From Raillietiella orientalis (lineage: Eukaryota), in the NCBI GenBank assembly GCA_036172245.1, contig JAYWIR010000017.1, forward strand, positions 2,914,001-2,978,000: a stretch of 64,000 bases of DNA, written 5' to 3'. A program made the position numbers and the translations under genes. The notes below the pieces were generated by a model, which was given only the letters and a program-made list of their open reading frames with translations, was not told the origin of the DNA and searched no databases. Positions within the stretch are counted from its first letter, which is position 1; each line of letters starts with the position of its first letter. Positions 46,650 to 58,620 of the stretch are shown piece by piece.

Positions 46650-49400
46650 ATGGTGATAATGATGCCCTTTACTATTCAGCTTGCGATGAGGAATCGGTGA
46701 TGACAGCGTGTTCCGCGCCCCGTTATGATTTTGTGCATCTGCCTCTAGCTGTTCGGCAGGAGCCTTGCTCCAGTCTTAGGCACAGGAGTATTTCGATTGC
46801 GCTTTTCCCTTTTTGGGTGCGACAGTAGGTTTTGCAGGGAGATAACCTCTGTTGTCACTCCTCCAAGTCCGGGAGGAAGCCATTTGCAGCCGAGAAGAAT
46901 GGCCTGTGTGCCGAGGCTTCCAGCGTTCAGTGCAAAAAGGTGCGAAAAGGACAAGAAGATACGCAGAAGTGGCTTTTTTCCACGAGAGCATCTTTTCCAA
47001 TGAGCGTCCAAGTGAGCCGGTGAGAAAGCGAACACTTCTGATCCCCGCTCAACAGCTCGCTGGGGGTGTTCTGCCGTTTGAGACAACGTGCTCATTTGTT
47101 TGCTTAACCTGGAAACGCGGCGTGTAAGTTTGTCTCTAAATTAACGGTCCTAATTGGGGAAATGGAGCAGACGAAAGTCAGCGCAGGGACGCTCCTGACT
47201 GACGGGGGAACTCGGTAGATGCATATTTTTTTTTTCCAAGAGGCTGTCAACGCGCTCTCGACAGAAGCCACTGGGATGGGGGCAAGACTTTGAATGAGCT
47301 CCTAGAAGTTTGGAACGAGAAGAGAGCCGTCGCTCAAAGGTTTTGCGGAAGATTTACGACATGGATACGGCGACGTCACCCGAACGCAGAGGTCTCCGTC
47401 GAAGCTACTGACTGTAGCTGGGTCTTCCTCTGCCTCATCCTTCCATCCATGCGAGTTTGTACTTCGGGTCGATGCCATGGAAACGGGGAAGTCGAACCTC
47501 GCGCGCTCCGACACCTGAAATCGCCTCGTTCACTCGCAGCAACCTAAAAGTCTCTCCAGAGCGAGTTGAAAGTTGCCATAGTCACAGCACGAAACTACAG
47601 GGGTGCAGCTCTGAGAAGAACGAGGGAAAACTCAGATGCAAGATCGAAAAGTAGATTTAAAAATGAGCGAGAACTGCCTCGACTTCAGCTTCGTTTTGAT
47701 CTGCCGAGCCGTGATGTGGGGATATCAGGGTTTGTGTCGGAGGAAGCCGAGAAAAAATGTCTGTGCCAGAATCCACCAAAGGAATCCACTTTGCAAGCGA
47801 GGAATGACGGGCTAAGCAAGTGGATTTTCGGAAGCTGACTACGAGGATCGGAACAGAGGATCCCATGCTTCAACCGTGCATTCGCCGCGCAGCGCAAGAC
47901 AAGAAGCACCACCGGTGCTATAAATTAGCGAATCAACTGCTTTCCATGCGTCTTTGCAAGAGATACTTAGCCTGTCTGAGCACCTGTCATAGTAACCGGA
48001 GGATGTGGTCCTCCCGAACACGGAGTGGATGGATGATTTATTTGATTCACTCGTGGCGCTCCAAGGTTTCAGCCTTCGGCGATTCTTAACGATCGTGCCC
48101 TGCTGAAGAGAGTTCCCAGGCAATGCGGGTGTAACGCTTCGAACATCGCCGAAGATTCCCTCGTGGGCTCTTTTTTTAGGGAAAATGAAACCAACGGAAA
48201 AATCTTTTTTTTCCTTTTTTCCCACAAGGTTTTACACGAACCCTGTCGACTCCGCGAATTGAAAAGGGCACCGAATGCAGGATAGAGTCCAGACTCCTTC
48301 CTGCATCTGTCAAGAGGTTTCCGAAGTGCGTACGCTCGCAGTCAAACTGGAGGACTAGCATGGAAGATGCACACTCCAATCCGCTTTCTGAATCCTTTCC
48401 TCCTTCCCGTGGCTCTTCTGCTTTCTGGTCTGGCCACCTCGGATGCTTTCGAGGCACAGGAGGTGGCGGGAGCCTCCGCATCTGCCTCCGGATGCAGGAA
48501 GAAATCCTGCTCCAACTCAGCTCTCTAAGATGTGCTGGGCGCATCGAGAGCTACCTGTATCTCGGGACGGTCAAAACGTTCCGGAAGGGAAGGAGGACGG
48601 AAGTGCGTTCATAAGCTCAATGAAGAGTCTCCTTCGTAGGAGGTGGTTGTCCTTGGTGGTCATCAGAAAGAATCACAGGCGTAGTGGGTCATCTGTTCAG
48701 AGATCTGTTTCCGCCGATTTGCAAGACACTGCCGCAGCGGCCAGGGCAGTGTCTTGACAAGCAGAGGAATGCTGGTGTCTCCATAGGAAAGGGATCAGGA
48801 AGCTCAACTGTCTCCTGTGCAACGACGTATGGCCAGTCCAACTTCTCGAGGATGCGTGCAGAAAACGCGTCTGTCCTTAGCCTTAGTCTTTGCTGCTTTC
48901 TGAGCATCATGAAAGTTTCGTCGTTCCGCAAAGAACAACCTGCCCATTCTTCCTTGGTTGTTCTCCCTCCAAAGAGAAACAATCGGATGCGCGAGCTCTC
49001 TCTCTCCCAACCCCTTTGTTCCCACCTTATGTCCTGTTTTTTTTTTTCATCCTGATCTCCAGAGCATCACCTTCGACGGATTCACCTCAAGGAACCCTGC
49101 AGATGAGGAAGATAGAGCGGCGCTGAGAAGAGGGGGTGGTGATGGTGCCTGAACAGCCTCCCATGCACTTCCAAATTTTGTATCTCATGGGGGCGGGTAA
49201 CCAGCTGAAGATGTGCTCTCGCGAGCCCCATGCCTCAAAGGCACGCTGCTCCGTCGATCTCCCCCAGCCCAGTCCAGAAATTCCCCGGAGATCCCGAAAT
49301 ACTACTCTCTGCTCACCCAACTCTGTGCAGCCGGAGCGCCGTGTCAGGTGGACTTCTGAGAACCGGCGAAATGGATGGTTTTTAATTATCATGTCAGAGG
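46650..49400 (-). mobile_element. Highly degenerate R2/NeSL-like non-LTR retrotransposon (RT plus C-terminal CCHC/REL region)
   Basis: Colinear decayed motifs: HCPGRCG (APGPDG), TSVLLPF..TVPRYR*LS (T.LIPK..YRPIS), LLTDAGRSLDSILH (D..KAFDSV.H), SLIY..VVLL (LAYADDLVLL), KPLSDGSLLVP (P..DGGLG.P), LNAGSLGT, TEVISLQN..KRNRNTPV (ET..HILQ.C..R..RHN.V). Boundaries approximate. Confidence 0.55.
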
Positions 49401-49749
49401 ACTCTCATTAGGGAGCGGAACTTTCTCTTTGGTTCTCGCGATAAATTTCTCCGCGCAGGACCGAAAAACTTGAATTTCATCTTTCGCTCCTGCAAGTCAT
49501 CTCATTTGCGTTCAGCAGCAGCGATTAGAGCAGCTGTTCTAGAACCGATTCTAATAGAATCTTTAAGGTTTGAATAATGGAGAGAAGTCGATTTTTTCCT
49601 TATTTTTCGGGAACTTAAGGAACTTCCGGGGACTCGAATTCCGCCAAGAGATCTCCTTGAAAGACGGGAGAGCTTGGTTTCCCCCTTCCCCTCTCCTTAT
49701 TCGATAGGTCGACGGCTTCCGAAGCGGAATAAGTTCCCCATCTCATACA

Positions 49750-50450
49750 GAGGACGTTGAAGGGTGTGTGTCCTCAAGAAAAACGTTTGTGCATGACGCG
49801 TCGGTCCATCCGCGGCTGTCATTCCCGTGCAGCGTGCCGCACTCTGCAGAAAGTGCTCCAAGCACAACAGACGGTCATCTCGTGAAACGCTGTGCCGGAA
49901 GATAAACTGCGCAAATATCGATTGAGAGAGTTTCTGAGCTCTCTTTTCGGGACGCCGATGAGTTCAAGTCTCGTGTCCTCACTGCATCTTGAGATGGCAT
50001 TCGGAGCGAATTGGGAAAAAACACCAAAACACAAACAAAGATCGTCTCCTAACCTTCGATCTGGGTCACTCTGAACCCCAGAATACGTTTCTCCACTCCT
50101 TCTATCAGGCTCCCAGTCGGCATACTTGACCCCCACACAGGGAAGATGCTGTTTCCCAGCTTTTGGACCATCGAGCATCTTGGACGAATCGCACGCAGCG
50201 CAAATCGGGCTCAGAGACTCTTGGAGTGTTGCTCCCCTTCGGCCTTCCTGAGCAATTCGTCCGAGAGGCAGGGAGGGGGAGCGAAATGTGCCCCGCCTTA
50301 TAATCCGGGACGTGCTTAGCCTTCTCCATCCCAGCAGTGACCAACGAGAAGGACCTTCGGCGATGACACTGAAAGGAAAATGAACAGCAGAGGGTTGCAT
50401 CAGGAGAGAAGCAGCCGCGGAGAGCAATGCTGCACCATCAGATCCGTAAA
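49750..50450 (-). mobile_element. Degenerate LINE RT fragment
   Basis: EKAKHVPDYK (WK.A.V.PIYK), HISLP, VKYADW (IYLDF), LIGVPK (SGVPQ), RDDRLL (ADD.KL), in order. Confidence 0.45.
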
Positions 50451-50899
50451 AAAGTAGAGGTTCCAGGCTCAGATGGAAACGACTGATCAAGACGTGAGCA
50501 GCAGTGGACGTCTGTAAGTCAAGCGCGTGTGCACTGCAATCGAAATAATTTATCGTAAATATTACATCTGATGGAAAAAAACAACAACAACAACTCTAAT
50601 GTATGCGCATTAGGGGGAGGGCAGCTGACCATTCGTCGGCTCATCCTCAACTCCACAAGGACGAGAGCTTCTCTTTGTACGCGGTAAATGCCACAAACCC
50701 CGTCTCCACCAGCCTCGCCTCTCGTCTCCGGAGAGAGAGGGACTCTGATCGACTCGGACTTTCCATGGACTGTTCTCTCGATTTCTCTTTTGTCACCCCG
50801 AGTAATCGCACCCGCCGAGGCTCAGATTCGTTCGGCTCCATCATCCGACTGCGAATTTTCATCCGGTGCTCCTCTGCTTCGGCTCAGTAATTATTCTCA

Positions 50900-52050
50900 A
50901 TTGGTATGATGAGGCGCCCCGGAGAGAGGACGGACCATCTGTTGGTGCCCTGCCAGAAGGCAGGCTCAAACGGCGAAGCGAGTTGACAGGAGACCGGAAA
51001 CTCGCAGAAGAAAAACCACCTTCTCCTTTCTTTTCTCTCCCTCCTTCCCTTTCCTTCCTTTCCTGGAAACGAAGAAGCCTCGGCAACGGGAACGTTGCCG
51101 AAGCGCAGTGACCGCGTGCCACTACGGAAGTCCCGAAAAGACGAAGAGTGCTCGAAGAGTTTCAGGGATCGGACCATCCTACACATATCGACCTATCAGC
51201 CTCTCCTCGAGCAAGGGGAAATCCGGATTGGAGTCTCTCGGTGTCTTTCCTGCTGCTCGACGTGCTGATTCCCGCGTCGAAACGACCGAAGAAGGAATTC
51301 GAGACCTTTGGAGGTCCTGAGCCGAAGATGGCTCTGGAGAGGCTCAGGAAAAGCTGTCAAACACGACGGAGGCAGCTCAAAGTGTTCCTGACGCACGCGA
51401 GGGAGTGTCGGAGGAGCCGCCTTCGCCATCTACTGCGGGCGGTGACCCTGCGGGAGATTCGTTGCTAGCGGAAGAGCAAGGAGCTGTCGATCCACCTGCC
51501 GCCTTTCCAACCCCTAGCGGTAGACCCGGCCGCAGCGCCTGTCACTCAGGAATTTGAAGGCACCAGCCCTGCAAGAAGAGCATGTTTGGCCTCAACTTCT
51601 TCGAAGATAACGAATCGGAGCTCCACCCACGCCGAAGCGAGCGATCTTGGCATCAAAGGGTGCGGTGCAGCTCACGCATGTCCGACAAAGATCTCGAGGT
51701 CTCTGGAGGAGAGAGGAGGAAGCTGCCGCGTTGGGCTCAGCTGGCTCACAGGAAATCTGCTCCTCCCTCAAGATCCCAATCCCGTTTTCAAAGTCGGGGA
51801 GGTGCGGAAGGATTCCTCCCAGGAAGCGTGGGATTCAGAGGTGGTCCGTTGAAGACACGAAGGGATGAGGAAGACCTGTGGACCCTATCAGGAAGTGTGC
51901 CGGGACCTGTGTCATCGAAACATGCGGAGGGCAGCTATCCCATGCGTTCACCTGATAGATATTCGGCGTATGTACGCGGTTGCGGGGAGGTACAGTTACT
52001 GACCAATGATGATGAGTGGGAGGCAAATACGAAAGGTGCCGTGCGGGTCT
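50900..52050 (+). mobile_element. Degenerate CR1/L2-type LINE reverse transcriptase fragment
   Basis: EAPRREDG (KAPGPDG), RSLGNGNV, YRPISLSSSKGK at about 51186, PSGRPGRS (SGVPQGS), FFEDN (LFADD), YSAYVR, in the expected order across frameshifts. Confidence 0.6.
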
Positions 52051-52829
52051 CAAGAACGAGAAAAACTTCCTCAGGTGTGATTTTACACGAGGATGGATAA
52101 TCAAAGAAGCAAGGAAACAGAACAAAAGATGTTGCTTGTTGGGAGGTGTGCCGCAAAAATTTAGCAGAGAGGAAAGAGGAAAATGCTCGTTCAAAAATGC
52201 TCGAAGGAGCAAACGACGAGGAGCAGCGACGTCTCAGCAAGGGAAAGCCTCCAGGTCGCTCCCCTTCACGCATTCGCCGTGCTGCGGGAGGGCGGACGTC
52301 TGCAGGACGGGGCGCTGCTTTTTCGCGCCGCGGACGAGCCGGAAAACTCCCAGACGGGTAGATGCTTCAAAGCGCGGGAAAAGGCGCGGAACTCCATCTT
52401 CTTCTTGAGCACTGGGAAACAGGGATACATCTTGGATGCTGACGTTCCGAAAAGTCACCGCTCGACTCGGTTATGCCCTGTGATGGATGGAAGGCTGGAT
52501 CTTGTCTTGAACCACTTGGGAAGGGAGAAGACAGAGAAGACAGCGATAAGAATCCAATGCAAGAATAGACCAGAAGAGGTCCATGCTCGAGGACTAGCAG
52601 GCCAAGATCAGCTGAGCATCTCTCAAGAGGAAACCTCCTGAACGGCCGAGGTGAAGGGGACATCGGAAGCTCAATGAAATGCGTTGACAATGAAATGGTT
52701 GATCCACCAACTCCACCCACCACTTCTGCTCCTCTCGCTGCTGTTGCCTGCGCCATGAACGTTTCGCAGGTTCCATCGGCAGCCGTCTCTGCGCTCTCCC
52801 CCTCCCTTGCAGCAGCTTCGGAAGTAGCC

Positions 52830-53560
52830 ATGGATTCTCGCTGCCCTAACGTGAGGGCGACCGAGAGCCTCCTGGCAACAGTGCCTCTCCTGGAGATCGC
52901 CGGCTCAGCTGCTGGAGAGGACTCCGAGGTGCATGTTCGCGTCGTCTGAGGACGTGTTAACCACCGGCCTGGGCACCTTCATCCTGGCACACTGCATCGC
53001 GACAGCTGCCGCAAAATCCCCGGCTAAGAGTCCGCCAACTACGAGAGTAACACCTGCAGCTGCGCGGCTGCAGAGACCGCCAGCATCCAGATCTCGTGGC
53101 TGCTCAGTACCTGGTGTTCACCCTCTACATGGATATGTGCCTCCAGGCCACCGCGCGTGGCTTTCGAGAGATTGCCTCTCTGGGTTCTTCAGGAAGTAGA
53201 CCGCCACGGGCATGGAAGAATGGTGCATGCACGCATGCTTCGGGGAGAAGGACTTCACCTGCAGGTCTGCCAGCTTCAGTAAGGACATCGGGCAGTGGAG
53301 CCCGTCCGATGTGGACCAAAACCCTGGAGAAGGATCCGTCGACAGACTATTTGGAGAGAAGCTGCGTCTACCAGCCGTCCAAGAGGTGCTGCTTCGACGC
53401 ATACCGGGGAAGATGGTCAGGACGGTGGGCACTGTCGTGAAGGACACGGAGGGCCTGGAGGTGTACCGAAGCCTTCGTCTCAGCGCCCCGTACAGGTGTC
53501 ACCCCTTCGACCTCAACGACACAGAAGAGGACATTGTATGTTTGCCCACCAACGAACGGG
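52830..53560 (+). pseudogene. Decayed PAN/Apple-domain gene fragment (N-terminal three PAN domains of a nyobe/neyo-type PAN-ZP protein)
   Basis: Stitching frames gives GTFILAHCIA..., SANYESNTC, AQYLVFTLYMDMCL, EEWCMHACFGEKDFTCRSASF, STDYLERSCVYQPSKRCC, RRIPGKMVRTVGTVV, SAPYRCHPFDLNDTEEDIVC. These are colinear with recalled insect PAN-ZP motifs (GTLMLTDCL, VNYETGLC, QFPVFTIY, EFTCRSANY, DYLENNC, GKILKTVDSV, SPYRCHSYDYNDTGDMVC). Several frameshifts, stops and lost cysteines. Confidence 0.8.
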
Positions 53561-56500
53561 TTGAGACGGGAGAGTAGAAAGGGTCCAGGTGCCCGTAGTT
53601 TTGTGGGACAAGGCCCCTCTCTTGCGGTCTAAAGGCGGAAAGTAGGAGAGTATAGAGGTAGCGACATGAACAGTTCAGTCCGCCTGGACTAAGCGAGTTG
53701 TCAGGCATCTGCTCCAGATCAAGTGCGCGCGGCTTGGCTAACGCCGCTGCGTGCATACGCCATGCTTCACCAAATAAAACGGACGGAGGAAGAGATTCTT
53801 CCAGGCGAAGCCCCATACCCAAGCAAGTGAGACTGACCTCGGCTGACCGAGGCCTTTCGGAACTCAGCTTGCAGTCTTTCTAGATCTAGAAATGGAATCT
53901 CCTCTTCTCTCCCAGACATCTTTGCGCTGCAAACGTTTTTTTTTTTTACGTCACGGCCTTTCCTTTCTGATCGGGAAGCTGTTGCACGCTGCTGTGCGCT
54001 TTCGCAGGCGGGGACGACACTGATGACCTCTCGAAGATGCCTCCGTGGGCGCAGAACGTGAAGTCCGTGAAACTTTGGCACTGGCTGCACAAGCAGCCTG
54101 GCACCGGTGCCAGAAAAAGAGCGGAAGATCACTCAGGCGCGCAAGAGACTGGAGGAAGGCGGAGCAAAGGGAGGAGAAAGAGGCAGGTGCTTCGGAGGTG
54201 AGTCAAAGTCGTCCATCAGGACTTCCCCCTTTCAGAGACGTGGGTCGTCACCGGAGAGACGGCTCCGCCGCAACCGCTTTGTCATCGCCGTGCTTGCATG
54301 AGGCTATGTCTTCACAGGTTCCTGACTTTCTCCTGGACCCTGATGGCTTCGATCAGTTGCAAGCAGGCAGAGCATCGGTTCTTGGCTCTGTCAACGACCA
54401 TTCCTCTCTGTCTTCTGCCAGAATGACCTTAAAGCTGCACGAACGAAGCAACGGCAAGACGCGACTTACTAGAAGCGCCCTCCAGATTCCCAAATCTCTT
54501 ACAGTTTGACTCCGGTTTCCCAGATTGCGTCTAAAGTGTTGCAGCGCAGTGGGTGTCGGGGATTCGCGCATTCCCGTAGGCGAAAGTCCGTTCCCCGCCC
54601 TCTCCATCCTCCTGATAAGCCCCGAGATGAAGAGGTTGCACGCCGTGAGAAATCCTCCGGGAGCAGCCAGTTCGGGAAGATCATTCGGCAGACAGGTCTG
54701 GAAGCCGCGTCAACGAAAGCAAACGGATTTCCCTTTGAACCCGGAAGATCGGTTTGCTCGCTGGGTGCCCTTTCGATACACCTACGAAGAAGCTAACGTT
54801 GAATTCCTCTTTGTGTGATCTGCACGCCACGACATCCGTGTGCCTGCATCCCCCGCTCGTGTGCCCTGCTTCGAATGGGAAGCCCAATCGGAACAGGAGC
54901 AACTCAATGGACCAGTTGGCTGTGCGTTCCGCACTTATTGGGACAGCGGCAATGACGACAGTCAATCAGTAACCCTTCAGCGGATCTCTGCCTACCCTGG
55001 ATCCATCGCTTCCTATGCACAGGATAATGAAGAGCCACCGCCATTAAGAGACGGCTGGAAACATTGACGTAGCGGATCTGGAATTGATTTCCTTGAACCT
55101 ATGTGGATCCTCTGTTGCAGTGGAAATGTAGAGCCAGTTGCTGTTGAGAGGTGCTGTGATCCTTGTCATCGGATTCTCTTTTCTGTTGATTACCTGCATC
55201 CTCAGGGATAATGCATGAGAACTCGAAGCCCTCCAAAATTTTTGTTCGCTCTCGATGACATCATCAAGGTTGATGAAATCAGTGTTCTGTTGGAAATGCA
55301 AGCGATCTTCAGGGGTAACGCGTACCTCAACGGAGACTTCTCGACCTGCAGCAGCAACCACCAAGCAGGCCCATGAGTCTACATGAATTCTGAGCAGGCC
55401 CAGGTTTGTTTCTGCAATTGCGATGTGAACATATTGAGGTGGGGATTAGTCCTTGAGCTGTTCATGCTTTCCGTTACCAGATGGGCAGCGAAGTCAGCGT
55501 TGAAGACACATTCAAGCCAAAGCTTTACAGAGCAATTTTCGTCGCGCATATCTTAAGGAACTGCCGATTCTGAAAAGCATGCTGTCCTCTTCCCCTACCT
55601 TGGACCTAACTTCCATCTTCTGTTGACATTCGTCAGTTGTTCATGAGAAAGATCATGAGTCTTAGAGAGCCATTCACCATTTTCAGCTGCCTTCTGCAGC
55701 TGCTGCCGAGGCGACGCAGTTGCAGTTTCGACGGCGACTCAGTTGAAGTTCTATAAGCTGAAATCCCAACTCAAAAGCTGCAACTGGACTATAAGTTTTC
55801 ATTTTTGATGAATCTATAACCAGAAAAATCCTCAACTAGTGGATCGAAAAGGTAATCGGACCATTGCTACTGGTCACGAACATCCCATTCATCATTCTGG
55901 CCGTCTAGCGCCGAGCTGCCAGCTCCCGAAACACTCAGATGTAATTGCTCTGCTTCAGTGATCCTCGGGTAACAAGCAAATGGTACATCATTCTGTTGCT
56001 GCCCAGGTGCAGGGCGTGCAGAATGGTGATGTGCAGAACATTCTGCCAGGAAACCATGGCGTTTCTTGAGGGTCAGATTTGCAAGTCTGTAAAGAAGCCA
56101 TCGGAAAGGAACGCTTTCACATGTTTGGACAGTTCCGAAGTGCTCGAAACGGATGCAGTCAGACCATTGGTCAGCAAATCGTGCCTTTACAAGGAAACTC
56201 GGGAAACAGACGCAGCTACAGATCTTTAGGTGTTCTCCCTCTTGATTCTTGGATGGTGAGCTGATCCTAAAAGAACACTTATTCAGAAATTGTCTTGGGA
56301 GGAAGTTCCAAAAAAAAGGGGGACGTTTTCGTTGTTTCCTCAGTCGGTTCGGAGACCTACACTTCTAGCATAGCCTTTTACAGATCTTCTAGAAAGCAGC
56401 ACCTCCTTCTCCTCTTGGACCAATGCCGTCAGACTCCATAGTGCATTTAGGGAAGGGTTGAGGCACATTGCACCGCTCCTAGCTTTTGTGGCAGAGCTGC

Positions 56501-57989
56501 ACACATAAACTTCCGTGTCGACATGGGTTTCCCCCGAGCAGACCAGTTCTGATCATTCTTTCCTTCCAGACTCATGTTGAGGTCCATCTGGAATCCAAAA
56601 ACTTATGGATGCAGGAAGGTTCTCAGAGCCTACTGTTGTCATGAATCATGGCACAGTGTAGGGAACGAAACGGAGGGTGGGGTTCCAACTGGGTTGCTCC
56701 CCAGGTTCCGAGTGAAATCAAAGGAGCTACCGGTCAAAGGTGGTCACCGAACGCACGAAGAGAGAAAATCTGTCGTTCATCAGGATGAATAAGAATCATC
56801 GGCAGATCACTGGATGACTCGAGGAAATTCGGCATGAAAATCAATCGAATCTATTTGGAGCTTAGCCTGCGAGTCACATCACGTGCTCTTGTTATGGCTA
56901 TCGGTGGTTGCTGACGATCTTATTAGTTTGGCAAAATTCGTGCTGAGTTTGTGTGTTTCTGTGTGCTTCTCTTCGTTCTTGTGTGGTACCTCAGACTCGA
57001 AGATGAATGCATCTTCGTTTCGAGTCGTTCCTCTGATATTGTTCAAGCGGTGTCCAGGTAGGGAGCCTTCCGTCCGTCAGAAAAATAATTCACCGGATCT
57101 GAATTTGCTGGATATCCTCGTTTCATATGTTTATTTCATGAGATCATTACGCGAGGAATCTCATCATTGATGTTGACCGGTGGTATTCTTCTCTTTCCGG
57201 TTCAACTTCTTAGGAACCCACGAGAATCTTTAGTCCATCTTTGTCTCCAGAAACGTATCTTGAAAACGATTTTTTGTCTAAGAAGAACAAAAAAAATCGT
57301 CACTGTTGATATCTGCTTCAGTCTTCTACTCCAGGAGACCTAAGATTGAAAAACGCATGTTCTAATGGATTCCTTTTCAAAGAAACAGCAGGATAAAAGC
57401 AGTAGGTGGAGTGTGAGCGAACGACTGTCTTGAGGGAAAGAAAAGAAGACATCCACACAAACACACAAAAATATGTGTGAAGTTCGAATCCATAAGCCAC
57501 CAATCGGTTTTGCCCTTTCTGGCCTCCGCCGAACTCCGTGGTTTCGAAGTGAGTTCTGGACGCGGGAGGAAGCCACTTCCAGGTCTCTCTCTCTCGTGTG
57601 TCCTGCACTTTCTTTTCCACGGGAGGAAGATGGTACTGTGATTCATGCAGTCGACACTTTTTTCTGGTCATCCACCTACTCGATGAACTAAAGTGCCACT
57701 TGAGGACAAGCGAGCCAGACAGAACCTGTCCCAAGCTGTCTCGAAGTTCTTGTGATATCAGAAAAAGAAACCCTCATCTCTGGGGTCTCTCTGTTTTCCT
57801 TACAGGTGTTGGGCCGAAGAGCGGAACCCATTAACAGTTAGCAAGAGGATCCACGAAAGGATCTTTTCTAACCTTTGTTTATTTATATGTATATATATAA
57901 CAAAGATCAACTACTTCTTCCCCTTCCTCCCCCCCTCCTGCTGCTTTCCCTTTGAGCCCGTAATTTCCGGGTCCCCGCTTACGGTTCTG

Positions 57990-58620
57990 CGAACCGGAAT
58001 CTTAAGCGGGGCACTTTACGAGGTAGATTTGCAGGCGGATGAAGGCCCTCGAAATACTTTGATTCGCGGGATGAAAACTCCTCGACGGGTGCAGTGAGCA
58101 TTTCGGTTTTCGTCCGTGTCGATCTCCATAAATTCTCCGTGCACGAACGCTGCAAGGTCACGCAAGGCTGCGGGATTCCTGGCACTTGTCGGTTCTCGTC
58201 GATCGCGTATCTTCTGGTCGCACACATATAGGGAAAATAAGACGGGCTGGTGCGAGCACCTACCCGGTATGCCCTCCGTCCAGGAGCCCAGGAAGGCCGA
58301 AGCCATTCTCGCGAGCTAAGATCTTCTTCGGAAAGGATTTTCGCCGGAAGAATTTCCATGCGGTTGACGGAACGAAAGCGTCCCTGCTGCGAGCAAGTGG
58401 GTGATCACGGTCCAGGAGAGGCGGGAAGAGAAGGAAAGAAAAACCGCTGGCGCATCCGCGGACAGACTTCTCCTCCTGTCCGTCCACTCACCAAACGAGC
58501 CACAATAATTCCCGTGACGAACAACCACGCAAGCCACCACTGGCGGGCTCGAGTCACGGGAACGTCCCAGCGGGATTTTTCAAGGCTTGAGTCTGCATTT
58601 CGGTGGAGGGGAAGCAAACA
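57990..58620 (-). mobile_element. Degenerate LINE RT fragment
   Basis: LEKSRWDV (D.EKAFD.V), GIPGRCSHQPVLFSLYVCD (GVPQG..LSPVLFSLY..D), YAIDE (YADD), LRDLAAF..MEIDT, SKYFEG (FKYLG). Confidence 0.6.
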
